Source: Patescibacteria group bacterium (GTDB lineage Bacteria; Patescibacteriota; Patescibacteriia; UBA10025). Taken from it: a DNA stretch of 64,000 nt. The stretch lies in contig JBAZCI010000002.1 in assembly GCA_041671025.1 (NCBI GenBank), forward strand, positions 3,801-67,800, in the 5' to 3' direction. Shown here in pieces: positions 46,044-56,373 of this stretch. Position 1 is the first letter of the stretch. Every line of letters begins with the position of its first letter. Under the pieces are notes generated by a model. That model had not been told where the DNA came from, ran no database searches, and saw only the letters and a program-made list of their open reading frames with translations. Both the position numbers and the translations under genes were made by a program.

Positions 46044-49000
46044 TTAGGATACGGTTGAAACCTTCGGCGGCTTTTCGGGCCGGACTTCGACCGGTTCTTC
46101 GGGAACAACCGGCGCTCCGATCAGCTCGACATCGAGACACAGACCTTTAAGCTCTCGAACGAGAACATTAAATGCCTCGGGAATATTTATCTTTTGAATA
46201 GACTCGCCTTTTATGATCGCTTCATATGCTTTTGACCGTCCGGGAACATCATCTGATTTGATCGTAAGCATTTCCTGCAGGGTATGCGCAGCACCGTACG
46301 CTTCCAGGGCCCATACTTCCATTTCTCCGAAACGTTGTCCGCCGAATTGGGCTTTGCCTCCGAGCGGCTGTTGAGTGACTAACGAGTACGGCCCGATTGA
46401 GCGCATGTGGATCTTGTCTTCGACAAGGTGATTGAGTTTCAACATGTAGATATACCCGACGGTAACGGTGTTATCAAACGGCATACCTGTACGACCGTCG
46501 ATGAGGCTCAGTTTGCCATCGCGCGGGAATCCTGCGCGTTCCAGTTCATCCTTAATCGTCTGTTCAGACACGCCATCCAAACCCGGACTTGCCACCCGGT
46601 AGCCGAGTGTTTTTGCCGCGAGACCGAGATGAGTTTCTAAAATTTGTCCCAAGTTCATACGGGACGCAACACCGAGCGGATTCAAAATAATATCAACGGG
46701 AGTGCCGTCTGCCATGTACGGCATGTCTTCAATCGCAACGATGCGGGAGATAACGCCTTTATTTCCATGACGGCCGGCCATCTTGTCTCCGACCTGAATC
46801 TTGCGAAGCTGTGCGACGGATACCTGAATAGATTTTGAAACGCCTGAAGGAAGCTTATCCCCGTTTTCTCTCGAGAAAATTCTGATGTTCACAACTTTGC
46901 CGTGTTCCCCGTGTTCCAGATAAAGGGAGCTGTCTTTGACGTCTTTGGCCTTTTCTCCAAAAATGGCGCGAAGCAATTTTTCCTCTGCAGAAAGTTCAGT
47001 CTCGCCTTTTGGCGTGATCTTACCGACGAGGATGTCGCCGCTCTTCACTTCGGAGCCGATCATGACAACGCCTTCTTCGTCCAAATTCTTCAGTTTTTCT
47101 TCGCCGATATTCGGAATATCGCGGGTAACGACTTCCGGCCCGAGCTTGGTATCACGGACATCAACGACGTAGTCTTCAATATGAATGGAGGTGTAGCGGT
47201 CGTCTTCGACAAGCCGCGAAGAGATTAAAATAGCGTCTTCGTAGTTGCCGCCTTCCCAGGGCATAAATGCGACAAGGATATTCTGGCCTAACGCCAATTC
47301 TCCCTGATCGCATGCCGCACCGTCGGCGAGTACATCGCCTTTCTTTACTTTTTGGCCTTTTACGACAATCGGCCGCTGATTCATACAGGTAGATGCATTT
47401 GAGCGAACAAATTTGCCGAGCGGGTAGGCACGGACTTTGCCGTTGTCTTCAAGAATTTCAATGCGGTCAGACTGAAGCAATTGAATAACGCCGTCAGCCT
47501 GAGCGAGAATAACGTGACCGGAATCTTGGGCCGAACGGGCTTCAACGCCGGTGCCGACGATCGGCGACTGAGGGGTAACGCAGGACACCGCCTGCCGTTG
47601 CATATTCGTACCCATCAATGCGCGGACCGCATCATCATGTTCAAGGAAAGGGATGAGGGATGTCGTCACGCTGACAATCTGTTTCGGAGAGACATCCATG
47701 TAATCAATTTTTGAAACGTGTTCAACCGTCGGTTCTCCGTGCTCGCGAACTTCGGCTTTTTCGCTGATGAAATAGCCGTCATCATCGATCGGAGTGGTTG
47801 CCGCGGTCGTAATACTTTGCTCCTCGACAAATGCGTCAAGAAATACAACTTCTTTCGTCGCGCGGGGCTTGATGGGGATTGTCTTCAGTGATTCAATTTT
47901 TTCAAGTTTTTCAGCAAGGTGTTTTGTAATTTCTTCTCCCGCTTTTGCAACTACTGTTTCTCCGTCTTTGACATCTTCGCGTAAAATTTCTCCGGTTGTT
48001 TTTTTGGCAGAATTATCAAGATCATGGAGAACCTTTCGATACGGAGTTTCAATAAATCCAAAATCATTTACCCGCGCATACGACGCCAAGTGGCCGACCA
48101 ATCCGATGTTCGGACCTTCGGGAGTGGCTATAGGACAGATGCGTCCATAGTGTGTGCGATGCACGTCGCGAACATCAAAACCGGCCCGTTCGCGGGATAA
48201 GCCTCCCGGACCCATGGCGGATAAACGGCGCTTGTGCTCGAGCTCTGCAAGCGGATTCGTCTGGTCCATGAATTGAGAGAGCTGGGATGACATGAAAAAT
48301 TCTTTGACCGATCCGATGACGGGACGGGCATTGATCAGCTGGTTCGGTGTCAACGTGGCGATATCGAGCGTTGACATTCTATCCTTAATAATGCGCTCCA
48401 TGCGGGCAAGACCGACGCGGAATTTATTCTGAACCAATTCGCCGATCGCGCGGACACGGCGGTTACCCAAATGGTCAATATCGTCCGCTTCTTTGTTTGA
48501 ATTATTAAGCCTGATCACTTCCTTCAAAATCTGAACAACATCTTCTTTTTGGAGGACGCGGTATTCTTTGGTATTCGGAAAATCAAAACCAAACCGCTGA
48601 TTGAGCTTGTACCGTCCGACGCGGCCGAAATCGTACCGGTCAAAACTGAAAAACATCTTATGAATAAGCTCGCGGGCGTTATCTACCGTGGCGAGGTCAC
48701 CGGGACGGACGCGCTTGTAGACTTCCTGCAAACCTTCTGCTTCGTTGCGCGAAATATCCTTATTAATCGTGCTCTCCACATATCGGTGATTCAAATCGGT
48801 GTCCACATCGGTAAAGAGCGCCAAAATTTCTTCATTCGTTGCATAGCCAAAAGCGCGGAGTAGCGCAGTCACGGGGACTTTGCGTTTCCGGTCAACTTTG
48901 ACGGACATCACATCATTAAAGTCAGTTTCAATTTCGAGCCAGGCGCCGCGGTTCGGAATGATCTTTGCGCCGCACATCCTGCGTCCGCGGATGATATCGG

Positions 49001-49427
49001 ACGTAAAAAAGACGCCGGCAGAACGGATCAGCTGGCTGACGACGACGCGTTCAATGCCGTTAATAATGAACGTGCCGCGATCAGTCATGAGCGGAAAGTC
49101 GCCGAGATAGATTTCCTGCTCCTTAATTTCTCCGGTTTTTTTGTTGACGAGTTTCGTCTCAACGCGCAACGGCGATTCGTACGTTACATTTTTTTGCCGT
49201 GCGGTCTGCTCGTCGAAGCGAGGCTCATCAAGATAATAATCAAGAAAATATAACTCAAGATCCCGGCCGATAAAATCTTTGGTCGGGGAAATTTCTTCAA
49301 AAAGCTCTCTTAATCCTTCACGGAAAAACCAGTCGTAGGAGTGACGCTGAACCTCGATCAGGTTTGGCAGCGGGACCGCCTCATGCAGTGTAGTAAAATA
49401 TTTACGTGGCGTAATATTCTGTGGCAT
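46044..49427 (-). CDS. rpoB: DNA-directed RNA polymerase subunit beta
   Basis: 1127 aa with [37 protein letters not shown] and [18 protein letters not shown]. Confidence 0.97.
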   Translation of the reverse strand: MPQNITPRKYFTTLHEAVPLPNLIEVQRHSYDWFFREGLRELFEEISPTKDFIGRDLELYFLDYYLDEPRFDEQTARQKNVTYESPLRVETKLVNKKTGEIKEQEIYLGDFPLMTDRGTFIINGIERVVVSQLIRSAGVFFTSDIIRGRRMCGAKIIPNRGAWLEIETDFNDVMSVKVDRKRKVPVTALLRAFGYATNEEILALFTDVDTDLNHRYVESTINKDISRNEAEGLQEVYKRVRPGDLATVDNARELIHKMFFSFDRYDFGRVGRYKLNQRFGFDFPNTKEYRVLQKEDVVQILKEVIRLNNSNKEADDIDHLGNRRVRAIGELVQNKFRVGLARMERIIKDRMSTLDIATLTPNQLINARPVIGSVKEFFMSSQLSQFMDQTNPLAELEHKRRLSAMGPGGLSRERAGFDVRDVHRTHYGRICPIATPEGPNIGLVGHLASYARVNDFGFIETPYRKVLHDLDNSAKKTTGEILREDVKDGETVVAKAGEEITKHLAEKLEKIESLKTIPIKPRATKEVVFLDAFVEEQSITTAATTPIDDDGYFISEKAEVREHGEPTVEHVSKIDYMDVSPKQIVSVTTSLIPFLEHDDAVRALMGTNMQRQAVSCVTPQSPIVGTGVEARSAQDSGHVILAQADGVIQLLQSDRIEILEDNGKVRAYPLGKFVRSNASTCMNQRPIVVKGQKVKKGDVLADGAACDQGELALGQNILVAFMPWEGGNYEDAILISSRLVEDDRYTSIHIEDYVVDVRDTKLGPEVVTRDIPNIGEEKLKNLDEEGVVMIGSEVKSGDILVGKITPKGETELSAEEKLLRAIFGEKAKDVKDSSLYLEHGEHGKVVNIRIFSRENGDKLPSGVSKSIQVSVAQLRKIQVGDKMAGRHGNKGVISRIVAIEDMPYMADGTPVDIILNPLGVASRMNLGQILETHLGLAAKTLGYRVASPGLDGVSEQTIKDELERAGFPRDGKLSLIDGRTGMPFDNTVTVGYIYMLKLNHLVEDKIHMRSIGPYSLVTQQPLGGKAQFGGQRFGEMEVWALEAYGAAHTLQEMLTIKSDDVPGRSKAYEAIIKGESIQKINIPEAFNVLVRELKGLCLDVELIGAPVVPEEPVEVRPEKPPKVSTVS

Positions 49428-49463
49428 GTAATTTCTCCGGTCTTAAAAAATTAAGCGTAGTAT

Positions 49464-49505
49464 AAAAACCCCCTCTTCCCGCTTACAAATAAAAGGCGGA
49501 AAGAG
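49464..49505 (-). promoter_or_regulatory. Terminator-like hairpin (possible attenuator) in the rpoB 5' leader
   Basis: On the minus strand: CUCUUUCCGC-(13 nt)-GCGGGAAGAG, then GGGGUUUUUAUAC. One position is a G.U wobble on the minus strand but a C.A mismatch on the plus strand. Confidence 0.5.
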
Positions 49506-49640
49506 TATACCCCGTTGTAGATTATTTATGAATTGTCGTCAAACCCCATGTATTATTTGAGGGCTTCCGTTTCAACCATATGGAATTATTCACATTAAAT
49601 TTGTGAAATCCATATGTTTGAGGAACTTTTTCGTAGGTGG

Positions 49641-49670
49641 AGCATAGCAAAATCTAATGATTCTTGTCAA
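49641..49670 (-). promoter_or_regulatory. Sigma-70-like promoter upstream of rpoB
   Basis: On the minus strand: TTGACA (49670-49665), 18-nt spacer, TATGCT (49646-49641). Confidence 0.5.
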
Positions 49671-49784
49671 GTCCCCACCCCCAGGCAGGTAAAAAAATTG
49701 ATTTTTTAGCTAATACTGGCAAAATAAATAGCCCATCCTTCATCACGGAAGGATTAATCATCCCCACTTATTCACAGGTTATCC

Positions 49785-51122
49785 CTATAGTCGTTCTTTG
49801 ACGACCTGAACATCGTCCCAGGGGAGCAATGTCCCTCCCGCTACCGCCATTGATTTTTCCCCGCCCTTTCCCGAAATCATCACAACATCGCCTGCCTGGG
49901 CTTTGCCGATCGCCCGTCGTATAGCTTCGCCGCGATCCGGAACGAGAAAAAGATTTTCACCCTCGGTAACTGCTTTGCCGACATATGAACGAACTCCCTG
50001 CGCAACCTCGCTGATAATCTGCTGAGGATCTTCATCGTACGGATCTTCGTTTGTTATAAAAATGACATCGGCATATTCTGCTGCAACAGCGCCAAGCTTT
50101 GGACGCTTCGCGACATCCCGACCTCCTCCTTGCGAACCGAGCACAACAATTAACCGTTTCGGTTTTAACAAGTGAAGTGCTTCATACGCAGAGCGAAGAC
50201 TTGCCGGCTCATGCGCATAGTCAACAAATACCCGAAATCCTTTTTTGGTCGGGATTTCCTGCAGACGACCGGCCGGTGCCGCGCTCCGCTTCAACGCCGA
50301 AGCGATATCGGGAAGCGATATACCCAGGAGCAAACATGCGGCAGTTGCGGCAAGCGCGTTGTAGACGTTATGGGTTCCAAGAAGAGAAATAGAGAATGGG
50401 GTTGATTTGATCGTAAATGTGGACCCTGTTTCCCCTGAAACTACCTGCTGTGCGGTGAGTCCGCCTTCCTGGAAGTTTCGATCATCATGCGTCGAATACC
50501 AGGTGGTGCGGTCTGCAAAAAAATGTGAAAAAAAATCATACGTGGAATCATCCCGGTTCAATACGGAATACGTGGGTATGTTTTTATCATTGAGATGTTT
50601 CAGCGGCCTCCTGATGAGCGAAGAAAACAATCTGCCCTTTGCTTCGCGGTACTTTTCAAACGATCCGTGCGATTCGATATGCTCCGGACTCATGTTCGTT
50701 AACACGGCCATATCATACTCAATGCCGTAATGCCGGTATTGCCTGATGCCCTCGGATGTCGTTTCAATAATTGCATATTCGCACCCGTCATCACGCATGC
50801 GGGCGAGCAGTTTTTGCAACTTGAGCCGTCCGGGCATCGTCATCTTGAGCATGTTCGGCCATTCTGTGTCCCCGACTCGGAACGAAACGCCGGTAGTAAA
50901 CCCGACACGCTTCCCCATAGCCATAAGAACCTGTGCAATGAGATGCACAGTGGTTGTCTTTCCTTTGGTTCCCGTCACGCCGATCACAATCATCTTGCGC
51001 GACGGATGACCGTAGCGCCATGCGGCAAGTGATGCGAGGAACCTATGGTACCCCAGCAACATATTCTCCGGGAGAAGAAACTTAATGAATTTCTTGAGTG
51101 CGTAGATTGCGGCGTTTAACAT
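49785..51122 (-). CDS. Mur ligase family protein, MurE-like (UDP-MurNAc-tripeptide synthetase type)
   Basis: ATP-binding GVTGTKGKTTTVHLIAQVL, a central Mur ligase domain and a C-terminal NEDPYDEDP in place of the DAP-type DNPR motif. Start uncertain (alternative at 51062). Confidence 0.85.
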   Translation of the reverse strand: MLNAAIYALKKFIKFLLPENMLLGYHRFLASLAAWRYGHPSRKMIVIGVTGTKGKTTTVHLIAQVLMAMGKRVGFTTGVSFRVGDTEWPNMLKMTMPGRLKLQKLLARMRDDGCEYAIIETTSEGIRQYRHYGIEYDMAVLTNMSPEHIESHGSFEKYREAKGRLFSSLIRRPLKHLNDKNIPTYSVLNRDDSTYDFFSHFFADRTTWYSTHDDRNFQEGGLTAQQVVSGETGSTFTIKSTPFSISLLGTHNVYNALAATAACLLLGISLPDIASALKRSAAPAGRLQEIPTKKGFRVFVDYAHEPASLRSAYEALHLLKPKRLIVVLGSQGGGRDVAKRPKLGAVAAEYADVIFITNEDPYDEDPQQIISEVAQGVRSYVGKAVTEGENLFLVPDRGEAIRRAIGKAQAGDVVMISGKGGEKSMAVAGGTLLPWDDVQVVKERL

Positions 51123-51690
51123 ACCAAGATGCGATGAGAATGATTAACACGGCTCCTATCAGATTACACATCAGATCATTGGCGGTATCTACACCCGATC
51201 CCAGTCGATTGCCGCCGGTAAACATGTCCTCGATATACTCCTCAAGCTCGTACAGGACGCCGAGGAGCATGCCGCACGATACGGCAAAAAATGCGTGCCA
51301 TTGTATCTTCATCGAGAGTTTTCCTGACGCGATCAATCTCCAGATAATCGCAAAAAATACGAATCCTATTGATGCTCCACCCGCTGTATGTGCAGCCTGA
51401 TCATACCATTCATATCTGCCGTAAAAATGGGCGATGTCTCCTAATGCGTCCCAGCTTACCCCTACCAGTGAAAGCAGGAAAACCATACCGGGAAGGGACT
51501 TTCCAGTCGACTTCAGCAATGCGCTCGATATCCATTCTAAGCCGATCCAGATAAATAGCAGCGTAAACATCAGGCCAAACCAGGTAAAATCGAGCGTGTA
51601 ATGAAGCACGTCGATCCAGTTCAAAAATTCGAACACTAACCAACCGGTAAAACCAGCGCGGGCGATCCAATGAAGAAGTTTGTCGATCAT
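51082..51690 (-). CDS. Hypothetical polytopic membrane protein
   Basis: About 6 TM segments. Start placed at MIDKLLHWIARAGF. No family recognised. Confidence 0.55.
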   Translation of the reverse strand: MIDKLLHWIARAGFTGWLVFEFLNWIDVLHYTLDFTWFGLMFTLLFIWIGLEWISSALLKSTGKSLPGMVFLLSLVGVSWDALGDIAHFYGRYEWYDQAAHTAGGASIGFVFFAIIWRLIASGKLSMKIQWHAFFAVSCGMLLGVLYELEEYIEDMFTGGNRLGSGVDTANDLMCNLIGAVLIILIASWYVKRRNLRTQEIH

Positions 51691-51780
51691 ACTCAAGTAT
51701 TTTGATTTAATATACCCTTGAAATGAAGCAGGAGAGGGTTCTCTCCTGCACAAAACGGTTTAGCGCAACGCGGGTTGTGT

Positions 51781-52002
51781 TTATGAATCGAGAGTACTCA
51801 ATTCTTCTTCGGCGCCCAAAGCACCAATAACAATCGCACTACCCAATACGAGACAGGTGCCCGCAGCAGGTGAGAGCGAATGCATGATGCCGCTAATCCA
51901 GTTGCGATATGAATCAAAGAACAAGAGCGGATTCAAATCTGCAAAGCTGAAGATAACACCTACAGCGCACAACCCAACCACATACGTAATCACGTTTTTC
52001 AT
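51781..52002 (-). CDS. Hypothetical small membrane protein (73 aa, 2 TM)
   Basis: SD GGAGGG lies 6 nt upstream of the ATG. Confidence 0.55.
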   Translation of the reverse strand: MKNVITYVVGLCAVGVIFSFADLNPLLFFDSYRNWISGIMHSLSPAAGTCLVLGSAIVIGALGAEEELSTLDS

Positions 52003-52114
52003 GAATACCCTCCAGAAAAAAGTTGCTATTTATTCGGCTTCATTTCAAAAATGTATTGTAACGAACACTTAAAATACTACCACATCCTCAGATGGTCTCA
52101 TATACTGACGTCAT

Positions 52115-52537
52115 CTATTGCGACCGTATCACATTCCCCATCGGATCAAGCTCAACGAAGTGTTGAGCCTGACCGGTGACAAATGCTGAGCATTGATTTT
52201 GCGGCTGGTCATCTGCCGATACCCGCGGACTATGCGCGATGTCGCCTACCCATCCCGGTATCAAGTCATTTGAAAGACACGGGCCCTGTGATAAATCTTC
52301 CCCTTCCAGGTAGCGAGCACGCCATAATTCTTTTGCCCTATCCGCGGCAAGTTTTTTGTCCTGTTCTAGTTTCACCTCTACAGTACCGATGCCCGTAAGT
52401 GCGTCAACAGTGTCAGTAATATCATCCGCGGCCGTTCGTGTATTCGTGTTCGTCGCTGTTTTTGTGCACGCTGAAAGCGCTGTAACAAGAACGAAGAATA
52501 AAAAAATGCTTACAACAATTTTAGTGCGACGCATCAT
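52115..52537 (-). CDS. Hypothetical lipoprotein
   Basis: Start placed at MMRRTKIVVSIFLFFVLVTALSAC (lipobox). 140 aa. The upstream part of the track ORF is unlikely to be coding. Confidence 0.55.
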   Translation of the reverse strand: MMRRTKIVVSIFLFFVLVTALSACTKTATNTNTRTAADDITDTVDALTGIGTVEVKLEQDKKLAADRAKELWRARYLEGEDLSQGPCLSNDLIPGWVGDIAHSPRVSADDQPQNQCSAFVTGQAQHFVELDPMGNVIRSQ

Positions 52538-52753
52538 ACAGGTTTTTTGCCTTGAGTATATTTTCCTGCCGACGATTTTATTTTTTGAGTCGCCAAAAGA
52601 TTCTTGCGGTGAAACGCGGTTGCAGTGGCATATCGGGGATGTGCAGATGCGCGACGGGAGTATTTCATACAGGAAGTATACATTTTGAAAGAGTAAAAAA
52701 CAAATGAACACCAGGCCGCCCCCATCCATGATCAGGAGCGTAATACAAGCCAA

Positions 52754-52783
52754 CACAGCCCGGGTCTCCCGACCCGGGCTGTG
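52754..52783. terminator. GC-rich 13-bp hairpin downstream of metK
   Basis: CACAGCCCGGGTC-tccc-GACCCGGGCTGTG. The T-run (TGTATTTTT) lies on the plus-strand side, and the hairpin is 25 nt past the metK stop. Confidence 0.65.
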
Positions 52784-52807
52784 TGTATTTTTGTACTCGT
52801 CGACTTA

Positions 52808-53962
52808 TTACCCCTTCTTCAACACGTCCACCTTGTCCAGCTTCTCCCAGGGGAACTCGACGTCGGTCCGGCCGAAGTGACCGTAGGCCGCTGTCTTTTC
52901 ATAGATCGGCTGTTTGAGATTCAACTGTGAAATAATATCAGCCGGCTTGATCGGAAAATGCTTACGGACCAAGTCTTCAATGTCACCGTTTTCAAGTGTA
53001 CCGGTACCAAATGTATTAACCATGATAGATACCGGTTCTGCTACGCCGATCGCATACGCCAATTGAACCTCGCATCGTTTTGCCAAACCTGCGGCAACGA
53101 TGTTCTTGGCAATATACCGCGCGGCATATGACGCGCTTCGATCAACCTTCGTCACGTCTTTACCGGAGAAGCACCCGCCGCCGTGTGCGCCGACACCGCC
53201 GTATGTATCAACAATAATTTTGCGTCCGGTAAGCCCCGTGTCGCCGGGCGGCCCGCCAATGACGAAGCGTCCCGTTGCATTGATGAAAAATTTAATCCGG
53301 TCCGTATACCAATCACCAAGCACGGGTTTGATCACATGTTCTTTTATGTCCGCGCGGAGCTTTTCCATTTCAACATTTTCCGAATGGTGAGCGGCAATCA
53401 CCACTGTCTCTACGCTATGCGGCTTGTCATCTACATATTCAACGGTTACCTGTGATTTGCCGTCCGGTCGCAGATACGGAAGGGTGCCGTTTTTTCGGAC
53501 CTCTGCCAGTTTGTGCGTCAATCGATGCGCGAGTGATATGGTCAGCGGCATGTATTCCGGCGTTTCATCGCACGCATACCCGAACATCAACCCCTGATCG
53601 CCTGCGCCCTGCTCCTTGCGTTCACCGGTGCCGTCCACGCCCTGGGCGATATCCGGCGACTGCTCATGAATCGCGCTGATCACTCCGACGTCTGAATAAC
53701 AAAAGCCGTATTCGGGCTTGTCGTATCCGATTTTTTGGATGGTCCGACGCACGATTGCCTGAATATCGACGTACCCGGTTGTTTTCACCTCACCGCCGAT
53801 AACCACAAGACCGGTAGTAACGAATGTCTCAACCGCTGAATGGCAGTCTTTGTCTTGCTTAAGCAATTCATCATACACCGCGTCAGAAATCTGATCGCAT
53901 ACTTTATCCGGATGCCCTTCGGTCACGGATTCTGATGTGAATAGTCGTTTGCGCTGTGGCAT
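52808..53962 (-). CDS. metK: S-adenosylmethionine synthase
   Basis: [32 protein letters not shown] and [17 protein letters not shown]. Confidence 0.96.
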   Translation of the reverse strand: MPQRKRLFTSESVTEGHPDKVCDQISDAVYDELLKQDKDCHSAVETFVTTGLVVIGGEVKTTGYVDIQAIVRRTIQKIGYDKPEYGFCYSDVGVISAIHEQSPDIAQGVDGTGERKEQGAGDQGLMFGYACDETPEYMPLTISLAHRLTHKLAEVRKNGTLPYLRPDGKSQVTVEYVDDKPHSVETVVIAAHHSENVEMEKLRADIKEHVIKPVLGDWYTDRIKFFINATGRFVIGGPPGDTGLTGRKIIVDTYGGVGAHGGGCFSGKDVTKVDRSASYAARYIAKNIVAAGLAKRCEVQLAYAIGVAEPVSIMVNTFGTGTLENGDIEDLVRKHFPIKPADIISQLNLKQPIYEKTAAYGHFGRTDVEFPWEKLDKVDVLKKG

Positions 53963-53984
53963 ATTTTTTCCTTATTACTTAAAA

Positions 53985-54136
53985 AAACTTCTTACTGGTG
54001 ATAAGAGGGCGCGAACACATTTCCTTCTTATCTTTTCCCCGCCATAAGCGGGAATGGATGTGGCACCACTCGCATTTCTGCGCGGTTGCCGGGAGGTCAT
54101 AGGGCCAGTTCCCTCGCTCCGCTCACGATAAGATAT
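53985..54136 (-). promoter_or_regulatory. SAM-I (S-box) riboswitch in the metK leader
   Basis: The minus strand reads AUCUUAUCGUGAGCGGAGCGAGGGAACUGGCCCUAUGACCUCCCGGCAACC...GGUGCCACAUCC...AAAGAUAAGAAG. P1 is CUUAUC/GAUAAG, and the conserved GAGGGA, CUGGCCC, AUGA, CCGGCAACC and GGUGCCA blocks appear in canonical order. Downstream, CCCUCUUAUC can pair alternatively with the 3' half of P1, followed by a U7 tract. Confidence 0.9.
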
Positions 54137-54248
54137 TAAGTTGTTAATATCAGGATAGCAAAATAAGCGCGGAAGTCAACTACATGCTTTTGTGAGAAAC
54201 CGAATTTTACGGTTTCCAGTTTTTCGTAGATAGCAGCTTACTCTTATT

Positions 54249-54974
54249 TTATTTAAGTACAATTGTCCCCTCACCTTCAAAAGCAATGGATATTTCTTCA
54301 ATTACTCCAAAGCGATTTGAGGAGACAAAACCGCCAATAAAAGAATCGCCAACAATATTAAGTCTAGTAAGCCAGTTATCAGAATAACTTTTATTACTAT
54401 CATTGTAGGGAATCGAGGTAAAGCTAACATTGCTTAAATCGAATAAATATTGCGTATAACCTTCTTCTGATGGTGTGCTAATAAGTGAGTTTGGCCTGAA
54501 TAAATGCCCGCCTTTATTCCCCAAATAAATATAAACAGATTCATTTTGTGCAATTGTCCCTATTTCACTTGATGTACCCGCGGCCGTCTTAATATACAAA
54601 TAGCCGTTAGAAATTTTACCTGTCGAGGCTAAAACAAATGAGTTATTTTGGAGGAATTCTAGGGCAATTCGATTATTTTCTTCTTGATCGTTAACTGTAA
54701 ACTGTGGTGAAATTATTCGTTTTTCATTGACTGTTATAAATTTCCCTTCCCTTTTTAACTGGGTAAATTTATCGAAGGCCGTGGGTTGCGTAATAAGATT
54801 AATGTTATTTAGATCAATAGCATTAATATTAATCGGGACACCGGAATTTATATTTGAATTTGCAGCATCAGGCTTTGTATTATTTACAAGGAATACAGCT
54901 AAAAATGTACTCACCACCGCAACAACAACTAAGATAGCGTAGCCAATCAATGATAATTTATTTTGTTCGTTCAT
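54249..54974 (-). CDS. Hypothetical membrane-anchored extracytoplasmic protein (AT-rich island gene 3)
   Basis: Start placed at MNEQNKLSLIGYAILVVVAVVSTFLAVFLV. Asn/Ile/Ser-rich. No family recognised. Confidence 0.6.
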   Translation of the reverse strand: MNEQNKLSLIGYAILVVVAVVSTFLAVFLVNNTKPDAANSNINSGVPININAIDLNNINLITQPTAFDKFTQLKREGKFITVNEKRIISPQFTVNDQEENNRIALEFLQNNSFVLASTGKISNGYLYIKTAAGTSSEIGTIAQNESVYIYLGNKGGHLFRPNSLISTPSEEGYTQYLFDLSNVSFTSIPYNDSNKSYSDNWLTRLNIVGDSFIGGFVSSNRFGVIEEISIAFEGEGTIVLK

Positions 54975-55290
54975 ATTCTTTTTCAAATTCTGGTAAGAAG
55001 ACTTTATAAAATAGTAAGCCAAATAAAGTTCCAATAATGAGCACCAGTAGATAATGAAAATGTTTTGGAAATTTTTGCCATATTTTGAAGTACTTTTTAA
55101 AGCCTCCAGATAATTCAATTAGAAGCAGCGAACTCGGTATGAAAAAAACGTTAAAAAGTACAGCAATAATAAATACTAAAAAACTTGTTTTAACGGTAAC
55201 AAACAGAAAAACAGTGAATATTACGAATCCATACAGTAATACGAAGCTTAAGATGGCAATTTTACTATTTTGTTTTAAAAAGTCAAACAC
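54958..55290 (-). CDS. Hypothetical small membrane protein, 3 TM (AT-rich island gene 2)
   Basis: 110 aa. Overlaps the next gene's start by 17 nt. Confidence 0.55.
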   Translation of the reverse strand: MFDFLKQNSKIAILSFVLLYGFVIFTVFLFVTVKTSFLVFIIAVLFNVFFIPSSLLLIELSGGFKKYFKIWQKFPKHFHYLLVLIIGTLFGLLFYKVFLPEFEKEYERTK

Positions 55291-55307
55291 CTTGGCGGTT
55301 TGTTACT

Positions 55308-56075
55308 TTATTGTTTCGACCAAGTACCACATCCATGAGAAGTAAAACCTCTATCGGATGACGCAATTGTTATGATTGCGGGGTCACTTGTGTTTTCGTT
55401 CGTAATGATTTCATCGATTGAACCGCCAAAACCTGACAGCCGTGCATAATAGCAGGAGTCACCGCCAGAGCTTTTATAAGTTCCGCCCTGAATATCGGTG
55501 CCTAATATGTATGTTCCATCACTAAATGTCGCCTGGCTATCCAAAATTGTTGAAAGATCCTGAGTCCAGATTCCACAATTGCGCGACTGAAAGCCCTTAT
55601 CATTTACATCAACTGTTACTATAGCTGGGGCACCGGCATTCTCATTCATAATTATTTCGTCGATTGTCCCGCCAAACCCGCTTAAACGAGCAAAATAACA
55701 CCCCGGTGATGATACGCGTTGTCTATAAGTTCCAGGCTGGATATCAGCTCCAACTACATGGCTCCCATCACTAAAGTGGGGCATCGAGGGGTCGCCAGTC
55801 CGCATTCTTTCTTGAGCATCTTGCTGCGTCTTTTGTTCTGCATTCAATTCAGAATTAGTTGCTTGATTACTCGATACGTAATTTGTATTTGAAGGTGACT
55901 TATTAACTGCACTACTAATTATTCCAGCCAGAAAAAGAAAGATAATTATTGTCCAAATCGGATGACGAATAAACCAATTTCGAAGGTCACTATGACAATT
56001 TGGGCATTTAGACGCTTTTGGATCAATTTGTGTTTTGCATCGTGGACAAGGTTTCGCTTTAGTTGTGTCGCTCAT
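55308..56075 (-). CDS. Zinc-ribbon / TM / tandem-duplicated extracellular domain protein (AT-rich island gene 1)
   Basis: Start at MSDTTKAKPCPRCKTQIDPKASKCPNCHS (CxxC...CxxC), then one TM. A module of about 75 aa occurs twice: FSDG(S/T)xxxGxDIQxGTY...C(Y)(F/Y)ARLSGFGG(T/S)IDEIIxNEN...PAI(V/I)T...D(K/R)GFxSxxCGxW. Confidence 0.65.
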   Translation of the reverse strand: MSDTTKAKPCPRCKTQIDPKASKCPNCHSDLRNWFIRHPIWTIIIFLFLAGIISSAVNKSPSNTNYVSSNQATNSELNAEQKTQQDAQERMRTGDPSMPHFSDGSHVVGADIQPGTYRQRVSSPGCYFARLSGFGGTIDEIIMNENAGAPAIVTVDVNDKGFQSRNCGIWTQDLSTILDSQATFSDGTYILGTDIQGGTYKSSGGDSCYYARLSGFGGSIDEIITNENTSDPAIITIASSDRGFTSHGCGTWSKQ

Positions 56076-56296
56076 AAAAATTAGTTTACTAAAATAAATA
56101 TATAGCTTGTTATAAATCTTCACAATCCTTTTTCTGCACTATATACATCCTCTTCTGTAGTTCACCAAAAAAGTAGATACCCTCCAGTGAATAATTGCTA
56201 TGTGCCTCCAGAGACCCCGCTGCGGGTTACTTTTACATTATAGAACGAAATTAGTAAAAAGGTACTTATACCTATCTAACCTGGGTGTATATATAG

Positions 56297-56368
56297 TGCC
56301 CTCGACAGGAGTTGAACCTGTGTCCCAGGCTTCGGAGGCCTGTACACTATCCACTGTGCTACGAGGGC
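56297..56368 (-). tRNA. tRNA-Arg (anticodon CCG)
   Basis: The minus strand reads GCCCTCGTAGCACAGTGGATAGTGTACAGGCCTCCGAAGCCTGGGACACAGGTTCAACTCCTGTCGAGGGCA. The acceptor stem is a perfect 7 bp, the anticodon loop is CTCCGAA, and the T-arm is ACAGG-TTCAACT-CCTGT. Confidence 0.9.
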
Positions 56369-56373
56369 ATGGA

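Noticed and set aside
42161-49427. Numerous 60-200-aa ORFs on the plus strand and in alternative frames inside rpoB and rpoC (for example 43073..43681, 44153..44704, 44711..45316, 47794..48150).
   Set aside because: They lie entirely antisense to, or out of frame with, two unambiguous and highly conserved genes. They have low-complexity or Arg/Ser-rich compositions and no SD or promoter signals.
54140-56296. Direct repeats (attL/attR) flanking the AT-rich island that would match the 3' end of tRNA-Arg.
   Set aside because: No match longer than 7 nt was found between the tRNA 3' half (or the right boundary) and the left boundary region 54140-54250. The island is therefore reported only as compositionally atypical, not as a defined integrative element.
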